DNA of 64,000 nucleotides from an uncultured Candidatus Saccharibacteria bacterium (lineage in GTDB: Bacteria > Patescibacteriota > Minisyncoccia > UBA6257 > WO2-44-18), in the NCBI GenBank assembly GCA_964503795.1, contig CAZDBT010000001.1, positions 4,518 through 68,517 on the forward strand, in the 5' to 3' direction. Position 1 is the first letter of the stretch; each line of letters begins with the position of its first letter. Below are positions 38,851 to 47,697 of the stretch, in pieces. Both the position numbers and the translations under genes were made by a program. The notes beneath the pieces are model-generated. The model saw only the letters and a program-made list of their open reading frames with translations, ran no database searches and was not told the origin of the DNA.

Positions 38851-41410
38851 CTTTAATTTCCCCGCCGATTATCTTATCGGCGAGCTTATCAAGGATCGTC
38901 TTTTGTATCAAACGGCGGATCGGCCGGGCTCCATATTCAGGATCAAATCCATTCTCCACGATATATTTACGGGCCGCCGCGTCTACATTAATAGTGATCC
39001 CCCGCTCTTTCAGGCGATCTTTCACCTCCTCTATCTGTAGATCGACTATCCTTTCTATTTCCTTTTTCGTCAAAGCATTGAAGATCACCACTTCGTCCAG
39101 TCGGTTCAAGAACTCCGGCTTGAAAGTGCGCTTCAATGATTCCGTAACCTTACTTCGGAAACCTTCCTCGGCCGTTTCCTGATGATTTTCATTGACCGAC
39201 GAAAATCCGATGTTCGACATAGCTTTAAAATACTGGCTACCAACATTCGAAGTAAGCAAAATTATCGAATTCTTGAAATTCACCATCTTGCCCTTACTGT
39301 CGGTCAGACGGCCATTATCAAGTATTTGAAGGAGAATATTAAATACTTCCGGATGAGCTTTCTCGATCTCATCAAACAAAATAAGACTATATGGACGGTG
39401 GCGCACCAACTCGGTCAACTGGCCTCCATCTTCAAATCCAACATAACCCGGCGGCGATCCGATCAATCGGGAAACCGAGTGCTTCTCCATATACTCGGAC
39501 ATATCGATCCGGATCAACGCCTTTTCATCGTTGAACATGAACTCCGCCAAAGCTTTGGCAAGCTCGGTTTTACCGACACCGGTCGGACCCAGGAACATAA
39601 ATGATCCGAGCGGGCGATCTTCATCGGAAAGTCCCGCGCGCGCGCGTCGCAAAGAACTGGCTACCGCCTTGATCGCCTCTTGTTGACCGATGACCCGTCC
39701 CTCCAAGGCATCTTCTATTCTAACCAACTTTTTGGCCTCGGATTCCAACATCCGACTGACCGGAATTCCGGTCCAGCGGGAAACCACCGCCGCGATATCT
39801 TCGGCATCCACCATTTCCTTGATAAAACCGGAGGATTTGGCGTGTTTCTTGGTAAAACTCTTATAATCTTTTTCCGCCTGGGGCAAACTGCCGTAAACGA
39901 TCTGCGCTACCGACTCCAGATCCCCCTCTCGTTCCGCTAATTCCGCCTGACGTTTCAGATCCTCAATTTTTTTCCGCAGGTTGTGCAAATTTTCAAAAGT
40001 TATTTTTTCCGCATGCCAACCAGCCGACAACTCGTCGTTCTTTTCCTTTAATTTTACGACTTGAGAATCAATGGCCTTCATTCGGCTTTTGCTTTTAGCG
40101 GAAGTTTCCTGGGCAATAGCCGATTTCTCTATCTCCAGCTTGGTGATCTCCCTTCTTATTTTATCCAGTTCCGCTGGCAGGCTTTCGGTCTCCAAGCGGC
40201 GGGCCGCGGCGGCTTCATCCATAAGATCAACGGCCTTGTCCGGCAAAAAGCGGTCGGTGATATAACGCGCGGCCAGATTGACTGCGGCCGTGATCGCCTC
40301 ATCACTGATCTGCAAACCATGATGCATCTCATATTTTTCCTTCAAACCGCGCAAGATCGAAACCGCGTCATCAGAGGTCGGCTCCTCAACCATGATCGGC
40401 TGAAAGCGCCTTTCCAGTGCCGGGTCCTTCTCAATATGACGCTGGTATTCCCGGATCGTAGTCGCTCCGATAGCGTGCAGCTCGCCCCTAGCCAACGGCG
40501 GCTTCAGCAGATTGGAAGCGTCGATTGCCCCTTCGGCGGCGCCGGCGCCTACTATCATATGTATCTCATCTATGAACAAAATGAGGCGGCCAGCCGAATT
40601 CTGGATCTCCTTAACGAAGGCCTTCAGGCGGTCTTCAAATTCACCTCGGAATTTCGTACCGGCGATCAGCGAACCAAGGTCCAACATGATTATTTCCTTG
40701 TCCTTCAAAGTTTCCGGCACATCCCCAGCCACAATTCTTTGGGCCAAACCCTCCACTATCGCGGTCTTGCCAACGCCGGATTCACCGATCAAAACCGGAT
40801 TATTTTTGGTGCGGCGACTTAAGACCTGGATCAGGCGGCGCAATTCTTCCTGCCGGCCGATCACTGGGTCCAGCTTTCCCTCTTTGGCGCGCTCGGTCAG
40901 ATTTACCGCGTATTTTTCCAAAACCTGGAATTTGCTTTCTGGAGTCTCGTCGGTGATCCGGGTTGATCCGCGAAGTTGCGCCAAAGCCCGGAAAGCCAGG
41001 TCCCGTTTCAGACCGGTCTTTTCCAACATTTTTTGAGCGGACGAGGTGGCATCAAGAATGCCCAACAGCAAATGTTCGCAGGAAATATATTCGTCTTTTT
41101 GAGAAATAGCGATCTTGCCGGCTTTTTCCAAAACCTGCATCAATTCCGGAGAAAGATAAAGTTGCCCGACATTGGAGGCGGTGAAGATCTTGGGCATCTT
41201 TTTCATTTCTGCCTCAACGTCACGCAAAAGATTTTCTACGTTCAAGCCGGCCTTGATCAACATCGGACGAACTAAAGTTTGCTCGTCTTGTAAAAGAGTA
41301 TGGAGAAGGTGAAGCACGCGAAATTCTCCATGATTCCGCTGCGCCGCCAGTTCCTGGGCGTTCTGAAGAGCCTCTTGGGCTCTGATAGTGAATCTATTAA
41401 AAGAAGGCAT
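38795..41410 (-). CDS. clpB: ATP-dependent chaperone ClpB (Hsp100)
   Basis: 871 aa. Two AAA+ modules (GESGVGKTAIVEGLA and GPTGVGKTELAKALA Walker A motifs), a coiled-coil middle domain and a Clp N-domain. Confidence 0.95.
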   Translation of the reverse strand: MPSFNRFTIRAQEALQNAQELAAQRNHGEFRVLHLLHTLLQDEQTLVRPMLIKAGLNVENLLRDVEAEMKKMPKIFTASNVGQLYLSPELMQVLEKAGKIAISQKDEYISCEHLLLGILDATSSAQKMLEKTGLKRDLAFRALAQLRGSTRITDETPESKFQVLEKYAVNLTERAKEGKLDPVIGRQEELRRLIQVLSRRTKNNPVLIGESGVGKTAIVEGLAQRIVAGDVPETLKDKEIIMLDLGSLIAGTKFRGEFEDRLKAFVKEIQNSAGRLILFIDEIHMIVGAGAAEGAIDASNLLKPPLARGELHAIGATTIREYQRHIEKDPALERRFQPIMVEEPTSDDAVSILRGLKEKYEMHHGLQISDEAITAAVNLAARYITDRFLPDKAVDLMDEAAAARRLETESLPAELDKIRREITKLEIEKSAIAQETSAKSKSRMKAIDSQVVKLKEKNDELSAGWHAEKITFENLHNLRKKIEDLKRQAELAEREGDLESVAQIVYGSLPQAEKDYKSFTKKHAKSSGFIKEMVDAEDIAAVVSRWTGIPVSRMLESEAKKLVRIEDALEGRVIGQQEAIKAVASSLRRARAGLSDEDRPLGSFMFLGPTGVGKTELAKALAEFMFNDEKALIRIDMSEYMEKHSVSRLIGSPPGYVGFEDGGQLTELVRHRPYSLILFDEIEKAHPEVFNILLQILDNGRLTDSKGKMVNFKNSIILLTSNVGSQYFKAMSNIGFSSVNENHQETAEEGFRSKVTESLKRTFKPEFLNRLDEVVIFNALTKKEIERIVDLQIEEVKDRLKERGITINVDAAARKYIVENGFDPEYGARPIRRLIQKTILDKLADKIIGGEIKDGDKVKIGFSESAISVSA

Positions 41411-41456
41411 TGTAGTTTTAACGGATTATACCACTAAAATATGAAATTTCAAGAAC

Positions 41457-42629
41457 CTATACTATCTTAATTATAGCAGAAATCACGGAATCAATATCCT
41501 TCTTTGTGGTTTGTCTGCCCAGACTAAATCTTAAACTGCCTGAAGCGCGATCAGCCGAGAAGCCCATCGCCTCTAAGACGTAAGAGGCTTTGGAAACTCT
41601 GGTGGAGCAGGCGGCACCCGGAGAAACCGCGATTCCCACCAAATCAAGCCGGATCAGCAGGTCATGAGCCTTATGGCCGGGAAAATAAAGATTAAGATTA
41701 TTCGGCAATCTTTCGGTCATAGAGCCGTTCAACAGAACTCGCTTTTTCTCCAATGACTTTTGGATCTTGGCTAAGAAATAATTCCTTAATTCCGCAACCC
41801 GCTTCGACTCCCTGGTTCGCAAAACGCCGGCCAGCTCTACTGCCTTTGCAAAACCAACCATCAATGGAACGTTTTCCGTTCCGGAACGCAGACCGTTCTC
41901 CTGTTTACCGCCGGTAATCACCGGCTTCATCAACGGACTCACTGTCTTATTCACATAAAGAGCGCCGATCCCCTTCGGACCGTAGATCTTGTGGGCCGAT
42001 AGGGTCATCAGATCCACGCCCAACTTTTGGACGTTGCAATCCAAATATTGAAAGGATTGCGCCGCGTCGGTGTGAAAATACGGAAAGCTGGTTTTATTTT
42101 TAGAACGATGCCGTTGGATGATCTCGGAAATTTGCCTGATCGGTTGGATAACGCCGATCTCATTGTTGGCGTGCATCACCGAAACTAAAACAGCGCGGTC
42201 ATTGATCGCCGCCTCCAGCTTCACCAGATCGATCACGCCTTCTTTGTCCACCGGAATAATAATCGTTTCGGCCTCCGACTTCAGATCTGCGCAGGTATTT
42301 AAAACCGACTCATGCTCAATGGCAGAAATAATTATTCTTGGCTTTAAAGATCTCCGGCCAACCGACGCTCCCCCAACCAGACCACGGATCGCCAAATTAT
42401 TCGCCTCTGTCGCCGAGCCGGTAAAAATTATCTCTTCATAATCGGCGCCGATCGCCTTCGCGATCTTTTGGCGAGACTCAAAGACCGCCCGGGAGGCTTT
42501 TTGGCCGAAACGATGCAAAGCTTGAGCGTTACCATAGATATCGGTAAAGTACGGTCCCATAGCGGCCAGCACCTTCGGGTCAACCGGGGTTGAAGCTGCG
42601 TGATCCAAATAGATCTCTTTCATCCTCAT
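41457..42629 (-). CDS. Cysteine desulfurase (IscS/NifS/SufS class V aminotransferase)
   Basis: Start chosen at MRMKEIYLDHAASTPVDP (ATG 42629). The longer upstream extension lacks homology. SAHKIYGPKGIGALYV has the PLP lysine. Confidence 0.85.
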   Translation of the reverse strand: MRMKEIYLDHAASTPVDPKVLAAMGPYFTDIYGNAQALHRFGQKASRAVFESRQKIAKAIGADYEEIIFTGSATEANNLAIRGLVGGASVGRRSLKPRIIISAIEHESVLNTCADLKSEAETIIIPVDKEGVIDLVKLEAAINDRAVLVSVMHANNEIGVIQPIRQISEIIQRHRSKNKTSFPYFHTDAAQSFQYLDCNVQKLGVDLMTLSAHKIYGPKGIGALYVNKTVSPLMKPVITGGKQENGLRSGTENVPLMVGFAKAVELAGVLRTRESKRVAELRNYFLAKIQKSLEKKRVLLNGSMTERLPNNLNLYFPGHKAHDLLIRLDLVGIAVSPGAACSTRVSKASYVLEAMGFSADRASGSLRFSLGRQTTKKDIDSVISAIIKIV

Positions 42630-42699
42630 GATCAAGTATATATAGTAGGACCAGTCGGACTTCTTTACAAATCCGGCTAAAAGGGCTAGTTTATAACCA

Positions 42700-43182
42700 A
42701 TGAATACTTTCTTCAACAGCAATTTAGGCGTCCAGCTTAGCGCCGAACAGGTCAGTCGGCATATTGTGGACTTCATGAAGGCCGACCCTTTCCGGGAATA
42801 TAAGATCACCATCGGCACCGATTCGGAAAAAGACTCCAATGATGAAGCTGATTTCGTCACCGCGATCGTTATTCATCGCGTGGGCAACGGCGCCCGATAC
42901 TTTTGGCGCCGGATCTCCGGAAAAACCAAATTCCATACTCTGCGCGACCGCATTACCCAGGAAGTTCTGATATCGCTGGATATAGCCAAAGAATTCCTTG
43001 AGGCTATCTCCAAGTTTGACGCGCCTAAATATGATTTTGAGATCCATTTGGATATCGGCCAGAACGGCGCGACCAAGGTGATGATCCAAGAACTAGTAGG
43101 AATGGTGCGCGCTCATAACTTTGAGGCCAAAACCAAACCGGACAGCTACGCCGCCACTAATGTCGCCGACAAACACGTATAA
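42700..43182 (+). CDS. YkuK-like (DUF458) RNase-H-fold protein
   Basis: 160 aa. YKITIGTDSEKD and FVTAIVIHRVGNGARYF resemble the YkuK family. Assignment is from memory and tentative. Confidence 0.4.
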   Translation: MNTFFNSNLGVQLSAEQVSRHIVDFMKADPFREYKITIGTDSEKDSNDEADFVTAIVIHRVGNGARYFWRRISGKTKFHTLRDRITQEVLISLDIAKEFLEAISKFDAPKYDFEIHLDIGQNGATKVMIQELVGMVRAHNFEAKTKPDSYAATNVADKHV

Positions 43183-43209
43183 GACCTATTGGTCCGATAA
43201 GGCTTATAA
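43178..43209. repeat. Imperfect palindrome TATAAGACCTATTGGTCCGATAAGGCTTATAA (motif family copy 3)
   Basis: Overlaps the stop codon of the YkuK-like gene. Shares the TAAGAC/GGTCC/GATAAG elements with the 29925 and 36463 loci. Confidence 0.6.
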
Positions 43210-43220
43210 AAAAATAATTT

Positions 43221-43787
43221 ATGGATAAACTCGTATTAGACATTGAGACCAAAAACAGCTTCGCCGACGTCGGCGGGCAACAGAACATCGACAAGCTCGA
43301 GGTTTCTTTTGTCGGAGTTTATTCCTACGACCAGAACAAATACTTGTCTTTTTTTGAAAAAGATCTGGATCAACTTGGGCCCCTGTTGCAAAAAACCGGC
43401 CTACTGATCGGCTTTAGCATGAACCGTTTCGATCTGCCGGTGCTGGAAAAGCATTGCAAGTTCAACCTTTTCGCTCTACCCCGACTGGATCTGCTCGACG
43501 AGATCGAATTGGCGCTCGGCCACCGCATCAGCTTGGATATACTTGCCAAGACTAACCTGGGTATCGGAAAAACCCATTCCACCGGCCTGGAGGCGATCCG
43601 TCTTTATAAAGAAGGGAGGTTTGATGAACTGGAACATTACTGCCTAAATGATGTGAAGATCACGAAAGAACTCTATGATCTGGCTAAAAAGCAGGGGCAT
43701 CTGATGGTGCCGAAAAAATATTCGGAAGAAGTAGTGAAAGCGCAATTTAATTGGAAGGAGGAGGTTCTGCCCGCTACGCTTTTCTAA
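43221..43787 (+). CDS. DEDDh-family 3'-5' exonuclease (DnaQ/RNase T-like)
   Basis: 188 aa. Exo I LVLDIETKN, Exo II GFSMNRFDLPVL and Exo III HYCLNDVKITKELYD are present. Confidence 0.6.
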   Translation: MDKLVLDIETKNSFADVGGQQNIDKLEVSFVGVYSYDQNKYLSFFEKDLDQLGPLLQKTGLLIGFSMNRFDLPVLEKHCKFNLFALPRLDLLDEIELALGHRISLDILAKTNLGIGKTHSTGLEAIRLYKEGRFDELEHYCLNDVKITKELYDLAKKQGHLMVPKKYSEEVVKAQFNWKEEVLPATLF

Positions 43788-43817
43788 AATAAAAGACCCC
43801 TCGTCGCCGAGGGGTCT
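43783..43817 (-). terminator. Bidirectional hairpin terminator
   Basis: AGACCCCTCG-tcgc-CGAGGGGTCT perfect 10-bp stem, with TTTTATTTT on the minus strand. Confidence 0.55.
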
Positions 43818-43824
43818 AGTTTAC

Positions 43825-44292
43825 CTACTTGTCATCGCCATGACCATGATGGTCATCACTGTGATCATCGCCATTCTTATCGGGATCATCACCGTGTCCA
43901 TGGCCGTGCGGCGGCTTGCCATCACCGTCGCCAGGAGGCCCGGTCTGCGTCTGGCTCTGCGACTGATCCTGATTTTGAGTTTGACTCTGCGTTGCAGAGC
44001 TCGTAGAACTCGCTGAACTCGTCGAAGAGCTGGAACCGTCATTGTTGATCTTGATGTCATTCCGATACATTGAGGGCGGATTGACCACCGCCGGCGCGCC
44101 CGGATACTGATTGAACAGGGTGAGTGAAAGCCCGGCCTGCCAGTGCATTCCCCGCTCATAACTCGAATCGGTATTGCCGCTAAAACCTCCATACGGGGTT
44201 ACGCTCCAGCCGATACCTCCGCCTCCGCCCATACAACCCGAACAGAGAACCACAGAAAGAACGACCAGCACGACCGCCAGGAAACGACCCAT
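43825..44292 (-). CDS. Small secreted/lipoprotein-like protein with Ser/Gln-rich linker and His/Asp/Gly-rich C-terminal tail (putative metal-binding)
   Basis: 155 aa. The signal is MGRFLAVVLVVLSVVLCSGC. The tail is GKPPHGHGHGDDPDKNGDDHSDDHHGHGDDK. The gene is visibly GC-richer than its neighbours. Confidence 0.5.
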   Translation of the reverse strand: MGRFLAVVLVVLSVVLCSGCMGGGGGIGWSVTPYGGFSGNTDSSYERGMHWQAGLSLTLFNQYPGAPAVVNPPSMYRNDIKINNDGSSSSTSSASSTSSATQSQTQNQDQSQSQTQTGPPGDGDGKPPHGHGHGDDPDKNGDDHSDDHHGHGDDK

Positions 44293-44358
44293 TGCTTTCT
44301 CCTTGAAAAGGGACCGTTGATATATTAGATTATTCTCTTACTTCTGTCAACCCCGTCA

Positions 44359-45291
44359 CTAAAACAAGCCGTAAAACCAAATGAGCTTTTTCAGCTCCGC
44401 GAGCCGCCGATCTAAAACTTTCTTATCCTGGGCTTCCATCACCAAACGCAATAAATTTTCCGTGTTGGAGGGACGCAACGCAAACCACCATCCGCCAGCT
44501 GGCGGACCGAATTCCATTTTCAATCCATCGATCTTGGAAACCCGCTCGGCGACCGAACTGTATTTTTTTTCTATCATCGCCATCACCCCTTCCTTATCTT
44601 TCACCTCAAAATTCAATTCTCCCGACCGATAAAATACCGGCAAACCGTCCAGCCAACCGGAGAGCCTCTGACCGGCAGCCTTCATTTCCGCTACCGCATT
44701 CATCAGATAAATAGCCGCCAAAATTCCTGAATCAAAATAAGAAGCGCCTAGCGGAAAATAATAATGGCCGGAAAATTCACCGCCGAAGTCGGCTTTTTTT
44801 ACTTTCATCGTATTTTTAATGAAATAGTGGCCCACCCGAGATTCGATCAGCTTCTTCTTGGCCTTTTTAAAAAGATCGGCGGCCAGATATCCCGCTAGGA
44901 TGTTAGTCACTACCGGTCCGTGGAAATTCTTGCTCAATAGATACAAGATGGCATCGGCCGGAACTACCCTGCCCAGATCATCAACAAAAAACGCCCGATC
45001 GCCATCCGCGTCAAAGATCGCTCCGAAATCCGCCTTGTTTTTGACAACCGTTTTTTGCAAATCGCCGATCGCCCCTTCCGCCAGCGGATTGGGTCCGTGC
45101 GCCGGGAAGTTGCCGTCCGGTTTTTCATTGATCAATACATACTTAATACCGGATACTGAATACTTAATACTAAAAAGTTTTTCCAGAACTTTTCCCGTCG
45201 TTCCATTAGAACAATCAAAAACCACGCTCACCGTTTCGGCCAATTTAACTTTGCTTTTTAAAAAATCGACGTAGGACTTTAAATAATCCAT
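44359..45291 (-). CDS. Phosphomannomutase/phosphoglucomutase, C-terminal fragment (domains II-IV)
   Basis: 310 aa. GAIFDADGDRAFFVDD is the DxDxDR metal-binding loop of alpha-D-phosphohexomutases. It begins at the domain II start (DYLKSYVDFLKS, VVFDCSNGTTG). Confidence 0.8.
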   Translation of the reverse strand: MDYLKSYVDFLKSKVKLAETVSVVFDCSNGTTGKVLEKLFSIKYSVSGIKYVLINEKPDGNFPAHGPNPLAEGAIGDLQKTVVKNKADFGAIFDADGDRAFFVDDLGRVVPADAILYLLSKNFHGPVVTNILAGYLAADLFKKAKKKLIESRVGHYFIKNTMKVKKADFGGEFSGHYYFPLGASYFDSGILAAIYLMNAVAEMKAAGQRLSGWLDGLPVFYRSGELNFEVKDKEGVMAMIEKKYSSVAERVSKIDGLKMEFGPPAGGWWFALRPSNTENLLRLVMEAQDKKVLDRRLAELKKLIWFYGLF

Positions 45292-45316
45292 CTGTTCAGT
45301 TTACAAAAAACGGTCG

Positions 45317-45349
45317 GAATAAAAAATCCCCCGCTCTGACAAGAGCGGG
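45317..45349 (-). terminator. Rho-independent terminator after paralog A
   Basis: Minus-strand CCCCGCTCT-tgtc-AGAGCGGGG stem followed by ATTTTTTATT. Confidence 0.6.
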
Positions 45350-45360
45350 GAAAAGACTCA

Positions 45361-46125
45361 CTAGCGGGGGAACTTCCGGGAGGCGGCGAGACCGAGGTAG
45401 GAATCGGAGGAGTCGCCGTCGTACCAGTAGTCGACGTGGAGCTGGCCCCCGTAGAAGAGGACGTAGACGCGGCCGCCGTCCGAGGAAAGGGACGAGCTAC
45501 GCACTCCGTCGTTCTTCTCCCAGGTGTAGAGCTTGGTACCGGTCATCATATGATAGATGACCATCAGCTGGGCTAGGACAACGGCGGGCGGGTTCTCTTC
45601 CTGATTGGAGAGAAGCGCCATCTGCTGGCTGTAGGTCTTGTTGGTGGAATTGGGCACCCGATCCTTACGGATCAGGTGCCAGCGGACTTCCGGACGCTCC
45701 GAGTGAGCGAACGAATGGCCGTTGTACCAGGCGTCGGAGTAGGAGTAGAAAAGCTTGTTTGGAGCCTTCTCGCGGGTCTCCAAAATGGAGAGCGGGAAGC
45801 TGGGGAAAAGAATGTGTGTGTCTTTGCATTCCCGAAGGACGGATTCACCGAACGGGATAGTCGCCAGCTTCAGCAGGTCGCTTGAGGAGTATTTCACTGT
45901 GAGCTTGGACATCACGTCGGACGGAAAGATGAAATTCTGTCCCATGATCATCCGAGCCGCTTCCTGCGCGAGACCTTCTCCGACCGGTTGGCTCTGCTCG
46001 AGCTGTTTCACTAACCCGGCAACCTTCTGAAAAAGCGATGAGGTCGAGCTGATCAGCTTCTCTGCTTCGTCCCGGACTTCCACCAGAGCTAGCTTCACTG
46101 CTTCGCTCTTTTCCGCGTCGGTCAT
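45361..46125 (-). CDS. Unknown-family protein, paralog A of a tandem pair flanking hicBA
   Basis: 254 aa. It shares HILFPSFPLSILET, SERPEVRWHLIRKDRVPNSTNKTYSQQMALLS, EENPPAVVLAQLMVIY and LGLAASRKF blocks with the ORF at 46939..47697. GC-rich codon usage. AGGAGA SD. Confidence 0.6.
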   Translation of the reverse strand: MTDAEKSEAVKLALVEVRDEAEKLISSTSSLFQKVAGLVKQLEQSQPVGEGLAQEAARMIMGQNFIFPSDVMSKLTVKYSSSDLLKLATIPFGESVLRECKDTHILFPSFPLSILETREKAPNKLFYSYSDAWYNGHSFAHSERPEVRWHLIRKDRVPNSTNKTYSQQMALLSNQEENPPAVVLAQLMVIYHMMTGTKLYTWEKNDGVRSSSLSSDGGRVYVLFYGGQLHVDYWYDGDSSDSYLGLAASRKFPR

Positions 46126-46193
46126 GGCTTATCTCCTAAAAATTGAGTTTTGAGTTTTTTATCCGCTCATTGCGGATGTTTTGAACTGCCGTA

Positions 46194-46223
46194 AATATAG
46201 CACACTTTAGGCTTATTTGTCAA
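46194..46223 (-). promoter_or_regulatory. Sigma70-like promoter for paralog A
   Basis: Minus-strand TTGACA, an 18-nt spacer, then TATATT, about 60 nt upstream of the ATG at 46125. A 6-bp hairpin ATCCGC/GCGGAT sits in the 5' UTR. Confidence 0.45.
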
Positions 46224-46246
46224 GGGATCATCGGCGCCTCTTCGCT

Positions 46247-46480
46247 TTAGAAATTCAACCACTCTCCTTTCGGAATACCTGACTGCGCGATCATACCTTT
46301 TAAAGTTCGGGGTTTAAAAGTTTTCGATGAATGAAATGGGACGCAAACCTGCATCAATTTTCCCTCATAGACTCCAGTAAAAAAATGATGGCTTCCCTCC
46401 GTATGATTCAGGCGAAAACCGTGTTCTTTTAAAAACTCTGCGACGTCATGAAACGTCCAATTAAAAACCTTTCTAGGCAT
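46247..46480 (-). CDS. hicA: HicA-family toxin (mRNA interferase)
   Basis: 77 aa. FLKEHGFRLNHTEGSHHFFTG...VCVPFHSSKTFKPRTLKGMIAQSGI matches HicA/YcfA (GSHH-F motif). AT-rich compared with its flanks. Confidence 0.7.
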   Translation of the reverse strand: MPRKVFNWTFHDVAEFLKEHGFRLNHTEGSHHFFTGVYEGKLMQVCVPFHSSKTFKPRTLKGMIAQSGIPKGEWLNF

Positions 46481-46814
46481 GCACCAAGCTACGGTTACTC
46501 ATGCTGCCAAAAGTAAACACATTTGACGGCACCTCTTCTTTGTTAGACTTTTTTACCTCCAACGAGTCCCACAGATCTTCATATTCGGGATCAGTTTTTT
46601 GATTCAAGATATGATTGATTCTGGCTTTGGCTTTTTGGGCTGATTTTAAATACCCGCGGGTGGCTTCAAGTAAGAGGAAAAGAGCCTCATCTGGGGTATC
46701 CGCCGATTCAACAATATTGAACTCTAAACCCACTCCGTACCAAACACCCTCTTCGCGAAAGATTATATACCTCAATGACCCTTTTTGAAGAGTATTTTGA
46801 TTTAATTTAGTCAT
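46473..46814 (-). CDS. hicB: HicB-family antitoxin (RNase-H-like fold, UPF0150)
   Basis: 113 aa. YIIFREEGVWYGVGLEFNIVESADTPDEA matches the HicB N-domain. It overlaps hicA by 8 nt. Confidence 0.6.
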   Translation of the reverse strand: MTKLNQNTLQKGSLRYIIFREEGVWYGVGLEFNIVESADTPDEALFLLLEATRGYLKSAQKAKARINHILNQKTDPEYEDLWDSLEVKKSNKEEVPSNVFTFGSMSNRSLVHA

Positions 46815-46938
46815 TGTCTGTTAGAACTATTTTAACAAAAAATCCTCTTCGACGCAACGTCGGAGAGGATTGAGGATCAAGGGGAACAAGGGGTCAAAAG
46901 CTTCATCGGGATCAATCCGCCAGCTGGCGGACCAAAGC

Positions 46939-47697
46939 TCACTTCTGGAACTTCCGGGAGGCGGCGAGACCGAGGTCGGAATTGTAGTAGTCGCCGTTCC
47001 CGTCGCCGACGTCGAGCCGGCCCTCGTAGAAGCCGACGCCGACGCGGTCGCCGTCCGAGGACTTGGAGCAGGAGCGCGCGTAGACCGACTCGAACAACTT
47101 CTTGCCGGTCATCAGGAAATAGATGACCATCATCTGCACCAGCACAACCGCCGGCGGATTCTCTTCCTTGTCGGAAAGCAGAGCCAGCTGCTGATCGTAG
47201 GTCTTATTGGTGGAATTGGGCAGGTGGTCCTTGCGGATCAGATGCCAACGGACTTCCGGACGCTCGCTCTTGGCGAACTTCTCGGTGTTGTACCAGTCCT
47301 GTTCGTAGAACAGGCCGGAAGCTTTCGCCTTCGTCTCCAAGATGGAGAGGGGGAAGGTCGGGAAAAGGATGTGGTTGTCCCGAAGCTCTTGCAGGATTTC
47401 GGGGCTCCAGGGGATCTTCTCCAGCGACTTCAGCTCCTTGTCGGAGTATTTCACTCCAAGTTTGGCCATCACCTCGCCGGGAAGGATGCACTGATCGCCG
47501 AGGATCAGCTTGGCGCCGGACTGGTCGGAGGAATGACCACGACCACCGGAACGGATGAACTCCACCACTCTCTGCGCCAGGGCGTTGCCCTTGCTTTCGA
47601 TCACCGCCTGGGCTTCTTTCTGGCCCAGTCCGGCCGCTTCCAACTTCACCAGAAGCTCATGCTCGCTGTGAACGGAAAGCTCACGATGATTGCTCAT
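46939..47697 (-). CDS. Unknown-family protein, paralog B
   Basis: 252 aa, paralogous to 45361..46125 (about 50% identity by eye). GAAAGGAAG SD. A 29-nt stretch, gaacttccgggaggcggcgagaccgaggt, is identical at the 3' ends of both genes. Confidence 0.6.
   Translation of the reverse strand: MSNHRELSVHSEHELLVKLEAAGLGQKEAQAVIESKGNALAQRVVEFIRSGGRGHSSDQSGAKLILGDQCILPGEVMAKLGVKYSDKELKSLEKIPWSPEILQELRDNHILFPTFPLSILETKAKASGLFYEQDWYNTEKFAKSERPEVRWHLIRKDHLPNSTNKTYDQQLALLSDKEENPPAVVLVQMMVIYFLMTGKKLFESVYARSCSKSSDGDRVGVGFYEGRLDVGDGNGDYYNSDLGLAASRKFQK

Noticed and set aside
29900-43210. CRISPR array suggested by recurring GGTCCTATA motifs
   Set aside because: There are only three loci, thousands of bp apart, with irregular units. 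No regular repeat-spacer structure and no cas genes.
45140-45185. Tandem duplication inside the PMM C-fragment (ATACTTAATAC twice)
   Set aside because: It is only an 11-bp direct repeat with a 10-bp spacer encoding SIKYSV/SGIKYV. That is weak, and it does not belong to the palindromic motif family.
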